Positions 60,601-64,000 of a stretch of 64,000 nucleotides of DNA are shown here, piece after piece. The notes under the pieces were generated by a model, which ran no database searches, was not told where the DNA came from, and was given only the letters and a program-made list of their open reading frames with translations. The translations under genes were made by a program, and so were the position numbers. Positions within the stretch are counted from its first letter, which is position 1, and each line of letters starts with the position of its first letter. Origin of the DNA: Phoronis australis (taxonomy: Eukaryota > Animalia > Phoronida); the NCBI GenBank assembly GCA_002633005.1, contig NMRA01000114.1, positions 898,827 through 962,826 of the forward strand. The letters run 5' to 3'.

Positions 60601-63600
60601 ATTTTCAGAATCAGATCATTAGAGTGGTTTTGTTGATAAAGGAGCGGACGCCAAAAGCAGACTCGAAAACAGTAAAAATGGCCTCTAAGTAGCGCAAAAT
60701 ACGACAAATCCGTCCGAAAACGAGAGGATAGCGTCGTCTCAGTAATACATGCTTATATGCTACTGTAAATTTTATGAAAATCCGTTGAAAACCTTCGAAA
60801 ATACGACTTACACGTAAAAAACTAAAATTCCCACTAGGGGGCACACCGATAGTCGGATCCGTCTGAATGTTCGCTCATGTGCCGTCCCATTTATAAAAGG
60901 AACACATGTTCAAAATTTCATGAACATACATCAAAGGGTTTTGGAGTGAGAGCAGCGGACGCCGGACTCCGGACGCGGGACGGGAAGACGGACGGTCGGA
61001 CCCACGGACGAGGATGACTGCATAATGTGTCCATATATAAATATTTGGGGAATAAAACTGTCCTCATGTTGCTTTGGAAGAAAGACACGCCTGCAGAGAA
61101 AATTCATATTTTTTAATCCAGCGTATGGTTTATGACCAAAGACGTTAACAAGACTATTCACTTTAGCCGCTGCCATTATTTTGTCATTGACCGTGGCGTC
61201 ACCTAGCGGGGAGGGTGTGCGCCGACGAAGTACGCGAGACGTCGAATTCAAAGTTGTAAACTGTTCTTATTTAAAAATATTGAGAATTTATTGAGCGGTG
61301 AACTGGAAAAATGTACATATAGGTAGAAAATTGAATAAATGAAGAAAAAAATCAGAAATACATCATAAACAGGGAATGGCAGGGGGTGACTAATCAGCGT
61401 TGTCTGAGTGGATTTGGGCGATTAGAGGGTGGGTAGATATAGATATTGCAAGATTTAGGGGTTCACACCATACAATATGCTACTCTCGAGCAGGGAAGTG
61501 TGAACCCCCTGTAAAGATGCCTGGTGGGATCTAATATGGGTAGCGACTGGGGGTGGCGTGGGGTGTGGTCAGTGAAACTGGTAATAACCGGGTAGGGGGA
61601 AAAATCACTCAGGGGTGGTATACTTGCTTGCAGTCCATCAAAAACATATAATGTATGTCTGCTTAAATACAACGGAATAGAGATGCCTATTAAATACACA
61701 TTCCATCTAAGGGAAATTATTTTCTGATGTCAACAAGTTCTCTTAACCTGACTGGAAACAAGTCGTTTTATCAAGTCACATTTTATTAACTTATCTATCA
61801 GCCGATTGTTCAGGCATAATAAGACCTAAATATTCATCGGCGTGTAAAGTGAATACTATGAAAGTAAATAGCACAAGGATAACTTATTTCCAGACTTGAT
61901 GATTTTGAGATCTGTCTCAAACAAAAAAATCAAAACAAATAACATTATTAGTGAGTGTAACGGGTTTTTGTAGACATACTCTACCAAAGTACCCACCAAT
62001 GTCGCGCAAAAAAATGCATTTAAAGGAGCATTTCGTTCAACACTTCCCCATGTATTTTCCATAATATTGAGAATTCAACATACAAAACTCACAAATACGC
62101 AGTAGATTTAGGTAGCATAGTGGAGTCGCAATTTGGGACTGTTTCATGCAACCGGGCACTAGACCCCCAGCATCCTTGCCTGATGGGATCTGAAATGGGT
62201 AGCGAACTGGAGTGGGATGTGGTGAATGAAACTGGGGGTATGTTCAGCCTACATCGGCAGGTAAAAATGGCCAACTTCAAAGAAAAGAACATAAGGACGC
62301 CGTATTTCCTGACTTGTCAAAACAAAAAATCTAAACAAACGACATCGTCACTGAGTGTAATGGGATTTCCAAGGTAATGCACATACTACCGAAGTACCCA
62401 CCGATGTAGGGCTCAATATGCCTTTAAAAGAACACTTCCTTCAACACTTCCTATTGCAAATTATCAAGCAGGTTACCAAACCATGCAATTAATATTTATT
62501 ATGCCCTGAAGTCCATGCCATGATAGAAAATGAAATTGTGCATCTCAAACTGCAGTCAAAATTGCACAAAAAGCGATGTGTCTCCGCCACTTATCTTTGT
62601 GTCGTTGTCCGTTAAACATTGTAAAGCCATTTTGACAATAACTTTGGACAAGCATGATTTCGTTGAAAAGGGGATATCACAGCACTTAAATACGTACAAA
62701 AATGAAGTGGTGATGATGTATCCCAGCCATAAATTTAAATAGTGTGAAGTTTCATCAGAATCTGTAAAGTCACTTTGAAAAAGTAATTGACAGACCAGAA
62801 AAATATTGTGCATGCAGAAAAAATGCTGCAGTAGTGTCCAAATTATAATCACATAAGTGAACTGCGTATACAAAATATCAGTGCGAGTCAATGATTTGTA
62901 AACAGGAGCAACACAATGCAACCATTACTGCACATTGAACAATGTTTTAGGGGTGTTCATTACTACCATATGATATAGATTATTGACATTGATTGTATCA
63001 TGAGATCACAAGAAATAATTTAAATAAGTTATCACCAATAAATAAAATCAATAAATAAATAATATATATAAATAATGAATAAATAATAAAGTATAGAGAA
63101 AAACAAATATATGATAATATGACAATNGCCCCCCCCCCCCCCCGCCTCCATTTGGTGAAGTGGTAAAAGGGTCCGCCTCAGAAAAGCAAAAAGTCCAAGA
63201 AAATGAGACAAAAGTCCACTAAAAGAGGTGTAAACGCACAATTCACAGCTCCGAACGTGATACCTCGTTTTTTAATCCTCCCGCTTTTTTTCTTAGTAAA
63301 CGGTCCACATCGTCGGAAATTCGAGCCCCCCCCCCCATATTAAAGGCTGGTTGCGCGTATGAAGAGGTCATTTGAAATTTTGAAATATGCATACAAATCA
63401 GATCGCAATTTATTTTGGTTGAAAATATAACCAAATGTCCTCGTTTTTAATTTACAAAAGGTTGGATTCGAGATTAGTGCTGTCATACCCTCTGTTACAC
63501 CGCCACCCAGTCTGGAGGAGAGTGGCCTTGTGACAGGATGATGATCTACCAGGGAAGAGAGAGCAGTGTGTAGTAATGCAGTTCCTAAGACCAATCATTT

Positions 63601-64000
63601 GCACGTCCGATTGTTATTTTTCAGCTATTCGGAATATCGGAATGGTACTTTGTCCTCTTCATCAATAAGAATCCCTGTTACTTGACCCTTTCACAGTGTA
63701 TCCCTACGGTCGTCTAGTTTTCTTAAAGTATTCATTTCTTTATTTGTAAATCTTCCGAATTGACTATAGCCTGTTGCTTCATTCAGTTTCGCGGTTTAAA
63801 AAGGTGGTAGAGTATACATTAAATATTGTGTTTGTTATTTGTTTTTATTCTGTACAAACTGAATTAATCGGAGTTGAGCCGGCTCTAATAAGTTATAGAA
63901 TAGGAAGGCAATAAAAGCAAACGAGGCTACAAAAGAGCCGACGAATATTGCGGCATTGTGGGTAAATATAGCGAGATTCGAGTGTCGCTTCTCTTTCACA

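Noticed and set aside
58000-64000. Numerous 60-120-aa ORFs in the track
   Set aside because: No domain motifs or consistent splice structure. The region looks like decayed interspersed repeats that I cannot classify.

Overview
AT-rich, intron-containing eukaryotic DNA. The sushi-exon style and transposon families suggest a marine invertebrate, probably lophotrochozoan (inference). No prokaryotic features, CRISPR arrays, rRNA or intact tRNA were seen. Two spliced genes can be reconstructed by hand. (1) A minus-strand gene at 5.2-27.1 kb has 11 intact 186-nt, phase 1-1 sushi/CCP exons that strictly alternate between two types (A/A' and B), one dead B pseudo-exon, and a terminal exon encoding a GPI-anchor-like signal. 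The array grew by duplication of two-exon units, including a young 3,615-bp tandem duplication. Its 5' end is cut off at an 'n' junction at 27581. (2) A plus-strand gene at about 42.9-57.7 kb encodes a ~285-aa Cys-rich (EB/EGF-like modules) protein with a signal peptide and a GPI-like tail. The rest is transposon debris: Penelope, L1/Tx1, hAT, DIRS, Kolobok (TTAA TSD, THAP), ISL2EU-like, Harbinger-like MITEs and palindromic MITEs. Most entries in the ORF track are spurious. Family assignments come from motif recognition by eye, not from database searches.
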